This document shows, piece after piece, positions 53,910-64,000 of a stretch of 64,000 nt of DNA (its first letter is position 1; each line of letters opens with the position of its first letter). The translations under genes and the position numbers were made by a program. Source of the stretch: Zootoca vivipara (lineage: Eukaryota); the NCBI RefSeq assembly GCF_963506605.1, contig NC_083284.1, positions 30,194,001 to 30,258,000 of the forward strand, in the 5' to 3' direction. A model generated the notes under the pieces. It saw only the letters and a program-made list of their open reading frames with translations. It was not told the DNA's origin and did not search any database.

Positions 53910-55135
53910 CCTGTTATTCTATTGCAGCATAAACAACAAAGAGTCTTGCGTCATGTTAAAGAATAACAGCAGAACCTTTTGTAGACTGCAGACCATCTCA
54001 TGAGATGCATGAAGTGTTCTCCTGAATTGCAGGCATATATATTGCAGACACATGGTTGAAATTCCTAACAGTAAGGTCAGAGGCAAACAAAATGCAGCAA
54101 AAGTACAGGAAGTGATAACTGTGGTCATTCACAATAGAGTTGTTGATAACGCAGACATCCTGGCATTGGTAAGTCAATAAACAAATACAGAGTGAGATAA
54201 AACCCTTTGTCTTGATTTGTTCTGTAAGTGATAGCATTGAACTTCTTGATGTAATTCAGCATATTTCAGGCTCCTTTTGAGGTTCCTGTGTTCCAGTATA
54301 GCCACCTTAAGGTCAGCCACAGAGTGCTCAGGGAGACAGAAATGTTCCCTCACTGCTTTTTGAATATTGCCATTTCTGATGTCTGATGGTTTGTTTAGTC
54401 GTTTAGTCATGTCCGACTCTTTGTGACCCCATGGACCAGAGCACGCCAGGTACTCCTGTCTTCCACTGCCTCCCACAGTTTGGTCAGACTCATGTTGGTA
54501 GCTTCAAGAACACTGTCCAGCCACATTGTCCTCTGTCGTCCCCTTCTCCTTGTGCCCTCTTTCTCAACATCAGGGTCTTTTCCAGGGAGTCTTCTCTTCT
54601 CATGAGGTGGCCAAAGTATTGGAGTCTCAGCTTCAGGATCTGTCCTTCCAATGAGCACTCAGGGTTGATTTCCTTAAGAATGGATAGGTTTGATCTTCTT
54701 GCAGTCCATGGGAGTCTCAAGGGTCTCATCCAGCACCATAATTCAGTGTCCATTTATTCTTTTGCATGGAGATTGGCTGGCTTGCCCTATGTAGAAGGGC
54801 ATTGCTGGCAGATAGTGTCTTATATGTCATTGGAAGATGGGCAAATGCATGAACCCCATATGTTGTATATGACATTATTAGGTTCTGTAATAGTGTTGCC
54901 AGGGTAGGCATGAGCACAGAGTTGACATCTGCCTTTGCTGCAGCGTCTAATCTCTGTGTCTGTATCTCCGTTATTTGGCCATGTGTTGCTGGCCAATAGC
55001 TGTTTTGGATTGAGAGGTTGTCAATAAGCAAGAACAGTCCTACCACCTAAGTCCTGGGATAGGAAAGTGTCATTATTCAGGCTGAGCTGTTGATCATTGA
55101 TGATATAGGTGTCAGTAGTTTCAGTCTTTGAGAGT
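53910..55135 (-). mobile_element. Degenerate Penelope-like element with GIY-YIG endonuclease remnant, split by Bov-B
   Basis: Minus-strand remnants CSKGRCQLCAHAYPGNTITEPNN...YIGQASQSPCKRINGH / SDIRNGNIQKAVREHFCLPEHSVADLKVAILE, typical of vertebrate PLE endonucleases. pLTR-like sequence near 53920-54010. Boundaries approximate. Confidence 0.8.
54389..54745 (-). mobile_element. Bov-B (RTE) LINE 3' fragment nested in a Penelope element
   Basis: ELWCWMRPLRLPWTARRSNLSILKEINPECSLEGQILKLRLQYFGHLMRREDSLEKTLM; tail gactaaacgactaaacaaac on the minus strand. Confidence 0.93.
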
Positions 55136-56552
55136 AAATAAATCAATGAACTGAGCATGAACTCATTACAAAATCATGGTCTCCTCAAGCCTGTCTCTCC
55201 TATGCCAAATTTGCACCTGGAGCTTTCTGTAGCTGCATTTTAAAGCTTCTGATCATAAGAATTAGCATACACATTGCTGATACAGCATCCCAATCACAAA
55301 CTCTAGAATTAAACAGCTTAAGAGTTTAATTTTCAAAGAATTAAACCACTCAAGAGGTTTGCTGAGGGTGGACGGGGGGTGGGGCGGGGAGAGAAGAAAA
55401 ACACTGCAGCGTTGTAATAATTAATTTTAACACATCGACAACAACCATACTAAGGTCATTAGAAAAGCAAAGATGAATTACTGCTATATGCCACAGCTGC
55501 CAATCAAGTCTTGGCCCTTAAACGAGCACAGCTAGAGCAATCAGTCGTGCTACCAAACCTATTACATTTCACCAGATCCTGTTTCAAGGTACTGCAGCTG
55601 CAAAGCTCTGCAGTTTATTTATTAATACCATATATATCACACACAGCTTGTGTTTCAGCTACAAGCTGACATTTTACCACCAGAACCCAAATTCACAATG
55701 TGCAACTGGCAGCTGTCCTTTGTAAGCATCTATCTAGCTATTGTTTTAAGGTAGCTGTGCAACCTGCATAAGATGCTATGTTACCAGGGAGAAAATTCAT
55801 GAAGCACACAGAGGATTAATGGAAAGAGAGGCTCTGTAACTAGCATTTGGAATGATGAAAAGGAAGGGAAGGAAGAAATAGAAAGATGGTTGTGTAAGTT
55901 ATTCTGAAAACTCTGTGTACTCCATGAAATACAACAGTAATATTACATGCTAAAGTTCCAACGTAAACTCAGGAACATGGCAAGTTTATTTGAAAACAAA
56001 AGAAAACAAAATTTAACGATGTGAATAGCTTAATTTTTTTGCAGATATTTTAGCACTTGGCACCTAACATTAAAACACTACATAATATTAATATGCGGGT
56101 TGTGTTACCTTCTCAGACAGCACAAAGAAGTCTAAGACACTACAAACATACAAAATAGTCATTAAATTTTGACGACACTAACGTAATTCACCTTTCGAGA
56201 ATATAAATTGCATCCCTCAGTTTTCCCAGAAAACACAATAACACAACCTTTTCTATTCCTAGGATTTACACTCCTGCACATGCCTGTTTCAACTGTCAAG
56301 CTGTCAATTTTGGGGACCTATTGGCAACTAACAAAACTGTGTTTTAGTGCGTGAAAAATAGGGCCACCTGCAACCCCCCCCATTTATTAGTATGTATTGT
56401 TAATTGAGAGGAAATCTTTGAAACGGGGCTTCAAATAATGAATTGCTATTATTCTAGTACTTTAGTGTGTTGAATTGCAATTGCTGTAGCATTTTAGTTT
56501 GCTGGGGGGAAAGATCAACAAGGCCAGGTTGGTACTCAGGAACAGTCTACTA

Positions 56553-56794
56553 CAGTGGTACCTCTGGTTACGAACTTAATTCGTTCCGGAGGTCCGTTCT
56601 TAATCTGAAACTGTTCTTAACTTGAGGTACCATTTTAGCTAATGGGGCCTTCCTCTGCCACCGCACCACTGGTGCACAATTTCTCTTCTCACCCTGAGGT
56701 AAAATTCTTAACCCAAGGTACTATTTCTGGGTTAGCAGAGTCTGTAACCTGCAGTGTCTGTAACCTGAAGCGTCTGTAACTCGAGGTACCACTG
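56553..56794. mobile_element. Tc1/mariner (Tigger-like) MITE
   Basis: TA|cagtggtacctc...gaggtaccactg|TA. Confidence 0.88.
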
Positions 56795-57369
56795 TACAGG
56801 AGAGATGTGGAAGAGGAGAAATGACAGAGCGCTTGTCTCACCCTGCATGTGTATGTAGGCCATACATATTTGGTATCGTAGCTTCTATCATGGGAAGGTA
56901 CAACCTGAGAGAGATGCAACATGGGCCATGTTAGTTCCAGCAGCTCAGCTCCACACTCGTACCTCTGAGGCCCTTCGTGGGAGCTGTTGCCAACTGCCAA
57001 CCAGAGAAGGTCTACCTCCATCACAAGCTGAGTGAGTTCAAGCTGACTGACCCTGTTCAGAAGTGATCCAGCGGACTCTGCTGCCTTGTAGGGACAGGCT
57101 GAAGGGTGACACCAGGGAAGACCAAGGATGAAAAAAGGAAATGCCACCTGAATTATCCTGGCACCAGAGGAGCACCATGATTTCTGTTACAGTATTGATT
57201 TTTATTATGTGAATCTTTTGTAAGCCGCTTTGAAAGCTTCTCAGGGCTATAAAGCAGGTTATAAGCATTCAAGCTAAACAACCCAAACATAAACAGGTGG
57301 GATATTTATAAAATTCTACTTCCTGCCTTCATATATTTTGATATATAGCACATCCATGCCATACATTTA

Positions 57370-57470
57370 ATTATTATTATTATTTATTATTTATACCCCG
57401 CCAATCTGGCTGGGTTTTCCCCGCCACTCTGGGCGGCTTCCAACAAATACCAAAATACATTAAAATATCA
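57370..57470 (-). mobile_element. L2-clade LINE extreme 3' end, nested in a fold-back MITE
   Basis: ataccccgccaatctggctgggttttccccgccactctgggcggcttcc matches the same 3'UTR. Confidence 0.75.
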
Positions 57471-59175
57471 CATGACTTTAAACAGTTTTGGCCTCTCCCA
57501 AAGAACCTTGGAGACTGTAGTTTGTTAAGAGTGCTGAGATTTATTCAGAGACCCCCCTATTCCCACCATAGAGTGACAGCTCTCAGAGTTTCTGGATGGC
57601 AGGAGAGATATTGATTTTTAAACTACTCTGTCAAGTGTATGAGGAAAATACACTTAACAACTCTCAGCACCCTTAAGAAACTTCCAAGGATTCTTTGGGG
57701 AAACCAGGAGCCATAAATCTCAAAGTTGTATAATAGTGCTTTAATTGTATAGTTTGTATAGTTTAATTGTATAGTTTGCATTGTATTAGAGAAGAGTTCG
57801 GGCAAGCATCACAGAATTTATTTTTCCACTGAGCTTCTTTCTATTCATTAAATTTTTACTACCCTCATTCGGTTAAGATTGGATTTAATTCTCCATTTCA
57901 AAAAAAATGCCAAAATGTGTTGGATTTTGGCTTTCCTGATCAAAGAAGCTTGGTATTGTAATGCATTGTTCATATCCCCCGAAGAGTGGGAGATATGCAA
58001 ATTTGTTGGATGAACAACACAAGTTTCAAAAAAATATTTGTGCTGGTTTTTATACTTGGATTATTTCCATCCATGTTTCTGAAACCAGAAATCTCTTGTC
58101 AATAGTGATGAAGTGTGTTGCTGAAGTACAATGACGTTTCTGTCTGTCAATCTGCTTATCTCTTTTGACTTTTAAGTTGTCCCTCGCTCTCCCCCTCCCC
58201 TTTCCAGCCCTGCTAAACAATCAGCTATCTAATGTTTGCTGAAGGCAGCTCGGCCCCCCAACTATGCCATTATCTCCTTGGTGGTCTTCACGTTTTGGTG
58301 ACCACTTATTGGTCCAGGCCTTCTGGGAATCCTTTGCTTTCACTATAGATAGAAACCATCTGTTGCCCGCCTTTTCTTTATTGGGAGATTATTAGTATGT
58401 GTCTACCTAGCAGTGGAACTCTAAGCTCTTGGCTTTTTAAATGCAGCATCGGCAAGCCTATGAGAACTAAACAATCTTGCTTACACAGGAGAAGGAGTAA
58501 ACAGCTTTGGCAAATAATTTCAGACACTGCCATTAGTGTTTGTAAAAGATATAAACATAACTTGTGAAAAATAAAATGTGTTTGGGTTTAAGCATGGAAA
58601 GGGAGAGGGAGAGATCCAGAGAGATGTTACAACAACTTGCTTCCAATATTGACTTTAAAAAAAAACCCTAACACTCTCATACAAGGAAGGGCAAATCAGA
58701 ACTCATTTTTAATGTTAAAAGTTGCACTCTTTCTTTCTAGCTGTTGAACATGCCAATATGTAAACATTTCAGGGAGAATTTTACACCACCTCATCTTTAT
58801 GTCAAGCAGCATTTAATGGTTGAATGATCCCGTGCCCCAGGTCTTGGCAGCTATCCTCTGGGGTCCAACTTTTAGGGATTACATTGACAGTCAGTCAGTG
58901 GACCATGTCCAATGTAAACTAGACTAGGACCATTTAAAATCAGTTACTATCAACAAGTCAAATTAGCTTTATGTAGGTTACAGGCTTTTTCTTGGGAGAT
59001 TTCATAACAATGTGGAATTTTAACCATCACGGGACTTTTTCTCCCATTTGTGTTTTCAGAAAAGTTCCTGAAACATCAGATTGCGCACTGCTTACCTGAT
59101 TCAATGTAAAGTTAAGCAACTTGCACTACTTATATTTAATAAATGAATCACGAGCTTTCCCCCTTTCCTTCATAG

Positions 59176-59307
59176 GTGGAAATAACTCTTCAAGATGTCA
59201 ATGACAACCCGCCAGTGTTCCCTACAGATATGCTTGATCTGACTGTCGAAGAAAATATCGGAGATGGTTCTAAAATAATGCAGCTGACAGCTATGGATGC
59301 TGACGAG
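59176..59307 (+). CDS. FAT4: FAT4 internal coding exon (132 bp, phase 0/0), cadherin repeat
   Basis: Acceptor ttcatag| and donor |gtagga. Translates VEITLQDVNDNPPVFPTDMLDLTVEENIGDGSKIMQLTAMDADE with cadherin DxNDNxP and AxDxD Ca-binding motifs. Matches my recollection of the second coding exon of vertebrate FAT4. Confidence 0.95.
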
Positions 59308-62300
59308 GTAGGATATTATTGCTTCTTTGAAGGGTAGCAGGACACTTCTGTCACAACAATGTTGTTAGGCATAGATTTCCAGCCTTGTTTCTACTCCACC
59401 CACTGATTTTTGCCTGGAAGTGGGTGGCGTGGAGTGGAAAAATGCAAGTGTTTAATTTTTTCCTGCGAGTTGAGACTGCCCATTCTATCCCTGTGCGCCT
59501 GATTCCAGGACATTTCAGAACCCCAGGTGGTCTCTTGTTCTCAGAGACTCCCCTAGTGGGGACCTTACTTAAATTAATTTGATTGCCCTCATCTATCACA
59601 GGGCATTGCTTGCTTTGCTTTATTTAATATAGCTACAATGTTTTTTCTCCTGTGTGTCTGTCCTCTACTTCCTGTTTTCTAGTCTCTTGTCTTGCCTATC
59701 TTTCATCCATTCCCTCTCTTCCTTTTGTACAGTTTCCTGTTTTCCTGGTCCTTCTTTCTGCTGGGAGATGGTTCAAACTCTCCCTCATGCCAGCCTTTTA
59801 ACAGTTGCTGGATGCTCTCTGCCTTTTCTCAACATGCGGTACACCTGAACAGCTCTTCTTCTGGTCCCAAAGCCTACATATTGGGGGCCACACATTTTGG
59901 ACCAACCTCACCTGCCACAGCCCCCTCAAATAGATCCAATACATTTTGCAGAAATGTGTGAGGTGGCAGATTCCTAAACATTGGAGAGCCACATGGGGGG
60001 GGGGTGTTAAGGCACCATTTCTTCCTTTTCTCTGTGTCTGCCTTGCATGGCATGATTTTATTAATCTATTTTTTATATCTCTTGCCCTCTTCAGACGTTG
60101 TCCCCTCATGTTCTTTTTCGACACAGGATCTGAGTGCTGCATCTTGATGTTCATACAAGTAGCTTGACCACCTATAGTGCACATACATTGATTTGCAAGA
60201 AGGCTTCCACATGTCCCAGAGTTCCAAATCGTATGGAAATCTTCATGTGTCCAGCTGTATCTGTGAAAGCTATGTCACAATAGTCATTTATGTTAGCTGC
60301 ATAGTCACCAGTGGCAGGGCTAGCCAGCATGTCCAAAGTTGAGTAATTTGACAGTTATTAATGCCTGAAGGAAGTTTCTGTCATGCGCCTATATCCAAGA
60401 AAGCCTCTGAGCTTCAGAAGAGTATCAGAAATCCGTGACATACGAAAACCTCTACTTGAAATCTGTAGTGACATGTTTTTTAAAGTGTGCATGCCAATGA
60501 CAAGACTAGGTTCAGGCTTCCTTGAAACCCATTCCCTAAACGTGTAAAAGAGTGTTTCATATGACAGAAATTGATTGCTGCATTTGGCTAATATTCAGCT
60601 TAATGGGATCAAGGTGCTCACTATTTTGCAATCTGCACAGAAGGTGTAACTTTTTCTCTAGTGCCATGGGATGAATATTAATGATAGCTATGGTATCTCA
60701 CAGCACAGTACTACTGTACTTCAAAAGTGTTGACAGGGAGCTTCTAGATTTTCTTCTTACTTGCCTAATTTATAGGATTTACTCCTTACCCACAGCAGGA
60801 GTTATGGTAGAGGAGTCTATAGCTGGGTCACATTGTTGTAAAAACAATGTATCAACTTGGATGATAAAGATTGTAACACTTGAGTAATATAAGATTATTC
60901 TTGAAAGAATCTGTTCAAACATTTTAATTATACTTTTACGAGTAAGTGTTCTACACACTGCACAGACATTGAGTATGAAAGTAATACTGTGGAATGTATC
61001 CCCTGAGTAGGCAAGGAAGTAAGACTACAGCGAATTTTTGTTCACAGAAATGTGGAGGCAAAATAAGGGTTTTCAGAGTCAAAGATTTCTCAGACCCCTT
61101 GCTTCTCTTTTTATGTGTCATCACAACTGCTGCACAGTGCATTTTTTTAAAAACAATTTCTTCCTGAGAGAATTGCAGCCTATCAAGGATCATATAGAAA
61201 ATGTTACCTAGCCACACATCCAGTTACGTTGGTCAACATAACGCAGTCAATCACAGTGAAAACTAGACGCACTATCTCACTCTGATGAGGCTTGATGATG
61301 TCATCGCATTGACAAATCTGCTTGGCTACATGGCTTTGAAGTCCATTCAGAGTGAGAGCAGTACTCCCTGCCATTCCATTGAACAGATAAACATTTTGTT
61401 TGTTTTCATAGTCTTGTGAATCACCAAAATGAGGAAGTGTGTTTTACAAGACAATGTTCAGTATGAAACACAGCCCTATGCTTCATATCAGCCCTCCAAA
61501 AAAGTTCATATGGGTATATGATTTCCTCAAGACTTAGCTCAGATCTGTCCTGTCCTACCCCAGTTAGGCTCCAAGTTTTCCCCAAAGCAAGCTGCCTTGG
61601 GTATTGTAAAATAGAAAGACAGTATACAAATTAAAAGTCATCATCATCATCATCACTTTTAATTTGTATACTGTCTTTCTATTTTACAATACCCAAGGCA
61701 GTTTACAAGCTGAAGAAAGAAAGAATGTACACTATATAACAATCTAATCCAATACAAAAATGTGATAATAAAACATAACTTTAAAACAGGCAACTTATAT
61801 CAAATAAAGTAATATTCAACAATCCATTAGAATGATATAGAATAATATTAAATATCAGCATATAAAATTAAACAGAAATCCACTCTTAACAATTATAATA
61901 AAAAAATTCTAAACTATAATCAATAAAACAACAGCAAGTCACGGTGCATAAAATAATACAATGCAAACTGAGAAGCAGAGACTGGAGGGTGGGGCAATGC
62001 AGGTGGAGGAAGGCCTTGCCTGATGAAGTCTCTATCCTCGCAGTTCTTCCTTAACTATCATCTCTTAACCAGGTGCTATAGTGGAGTAGGGGTGAAGAAC
62101 TGGATCCCCCACTCCCACAGGATGGGTAAGAAGGGCTGCCCACTGGTGAGTCACCTGACAACACAACATCACATGGCCCATTTTTGCAGAGTGCTGGGTA
62201 CAGAAGGGGCACAGCAGTATCTTTCTCTTTTATATGATCAGTGCCAGTGCAAGTAAATACATCAGGAATGACAGATTGCTGCAAAAAATGTTTATTTGGC

Positions 62301-62570
62301 AAGGGAATCTTTTATGTCAGGGAGCCTCGAGGGACATTATAGGGAGATTCCAGTCTTCGCTCTTTGTACTCTAACTTTTCTGGATACTTTTTAATATAAA
62401 AGTGGTATGATCAGCTCATCATTCCAAATCCATGGTTTACTTGCTTGCTTGCTTACTTACTTGAAAATTTCTTTAAAATTTGTAAGCAAATTCTTAGAAT
62501 CAGTGCAAAAACTTACTGTTAATTTGGATGGAAATATAATGCACTTTGACCTTTTCTTTTCACTGTTTAG

Positions 62571-62832
62571 GGTGCAAATGCTCTGGTCACTTACACCATC
62601 ATCAGTGGTGCAGACGACAGCTTCCATATCGATCCAGAATCGGGAGAGTTGATAGCCACCAAGCGCTTGGACCGAGAACGCCGTTCTAAATATTCTCTGC
62701 TAGTCCGTGCTGATGATGGCCTGCAGTCTTCAGATATGAGAATAAACATTACTATTAGTGATGTTAATGATCATATACCCAAGTTCTCCAAACCTTGCTA
62801 TTCCTTTGACATACCAGAAGATACCACTCCAG
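62571..62832 (+). CDS. FAT4: FAT4 next coding exon (262 bp, phase 0/1), cadherin repeat
   Basis: Polypyrimidine tract and tttag| acceptor, |gtgaat donor. Translates GANALVTYTIISGADDSFHIDPESGELIATKRLDRERRSKYSLLVRADDGLQSSDMRINITISDVNDHIPKFSKPCYSFDIPEDTTP(G), with LDRE and DxNDH motifs, in frame with the previous exon. Confidence 0.95.
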
Positions 62833-64000
62833 GTGAATAGTAGATGTCATTACTGTCCTTATCATTCCTGCTTCCTTGTGCTTTTAACAGCTATAATAAC
62901 TCAGAATTCTTTGGAAATATTTTGGTCTTGTGCGTTCCACAAAAGTTTTTGGATTTCAGCAAATTAAATATCAGTTAAATAAATGATCAGTCAACCAATG
63001 ACATTAAAAGGGCCAGGTATCCAGGCTTAACTGATTTGTGCATAAATTCTCTGCTTATGATTTTGTTTACTGCACGCTATGGACTCGCTGCCCTTGTCCC
63101 ATAAAACTCTTACATTGCTACTACAATTACTACAACTTGAAGTTGTCACTCTCAGAAGAGATAGGCAAATATATGCACATTATTATCCAAATGTTAGCTT
63201 GTTCTAGCCCAGATCTCTCTTTTCCAAGCTTGTACAGGTGGAGGAGCGAGAATAAGTTCACTAGATTCCCTCTGTTTCTTTTTCTTTTTAAAAAATTATC
63301 ATTCTTTGACTGGCATAAGAACAGAATTTAGAATAAGTGAAAACACATGTGATATCTGAAGTACTATATAATACTCTGTTCCAAGTATAAAGAGAAATTC
63401 AAAACCAGCAAGTGGAGTGATTAGCTGCTGACCATTTATAACATCTCGCTATGTATCAGGAGTTCTTGGCACACCTATGCATAAGAGGCTGCGAAAGGAG
63501 GTTAGGTTATCTCTTTGAAAAAGTTATAAATGTGCATTTATTTTCTCAAAGATCTGTGAAGAAATAGGGTAGTACACCATATTGAAACATGGTTGCTCCT
63601 TAAAGGAGTTTTACTGGCCTTATCTTAAACACCATTTTCCCATTAAGAGCATAACTGTATCATGCTTTTTTCCAAGGAGGGAAAAAAAAAGTTAAACTTC
63701 AGTTAAAATTTTGCTGGGCAGAGATTTTGGTTTGCATATATATTCAAAGGCTTTGTTCATGATAACACTAAACTATGGGTTATTAAAACATTACCCTTCC
63801 AACTCTACAGTTCTATGATTTGACATAGTATGGGATGCTAGCTGTGAACAAACTATAGTTAAGCTGCTGCGCAGAGTTCACAAATCACACCAAGGCTCAA
63901 TATGCTGTGTGAACCTGTGTTATTTGTTTCCTACCAACAAACAACAAACTGAAAGAATGGTTAGTTGTTGGCTACATACAATGGTTTGTTTTAACTATGG

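Larger units (their letters stand above)
1..59175 (+). other. FAT4: Large FAT4 intron (upstream exon lies outside the window)
   Basis: No cadherin-like or other host coding exon seen before 59176. FAT4 has one very large first coding exon followed by a long intron (recalled gene structure). Confidence 0.8.

Noticed and set aside
54174-54907. Cluster of 60-158 aa ORFs as a novel gene
   Set aside because: Alternative frames and chimeras of Bov-B and Penelope remnants.
61275-61357. CTGATGAG as a hammerhead ribozyme core
   Set aside because: No stem II followed by GAAA; it is one arm of a small degenerate inverted repeat (tctcactctga/tcagagtgaga). The ctgatgag TSDs at 32446 and 33326 likewise lack the rest of the fold.
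1-64000. CRISPR arrays, operons, rRNA or other prokaryotic systems
   Set aside because: Eukaryotic intronic DNA; no regularly spaced repeat-spacer array or rRNA-like sequence seen.

Overview
Vertebrate genomic DNA; the repeat families (Sauria-type and Squam3-like SINEs, tRNA-Lys/CR1 SINE, Bov-B, CR1, L2, Rex1, Penelope, hAT and Tc1/Tigger MITEs) suggest a squamate, probably a lacertid lizard (inference). The window lies inside the FAT4 protocadherin gene on the + strand. Bases 1-59175 are intronic, and two cadherin-repeat coding exons lie at 59176-59307 (132 bp) and 62571-62832 (262 bp). The standout feature is an 872-bp non-autonomous hAT-type DNA transposon at 32454-33325, with perfect 15-bp TIRs and a perfect 8-bp TSD. 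Its GC/CpG-rich interior carries the 5'UTR and first ~19 codons of the unrelated gene PIP4P2/TMEM55A, plus two further exon-like pieces with splice signals, all antisense to FAT4. This looks like a vertebrate Pack-TYPE (gene-capturing) transposon. Other points of interest are a solo LTR with an open frame across U3, a ~256-bp fold-back around a hAT MITE, an inverted Penelope remnant with a hammerhead-like core, a snap-back junction at a Bov-B 5' end, and candidate conserved intronic enhancers. Family names come from recall, not database searches.
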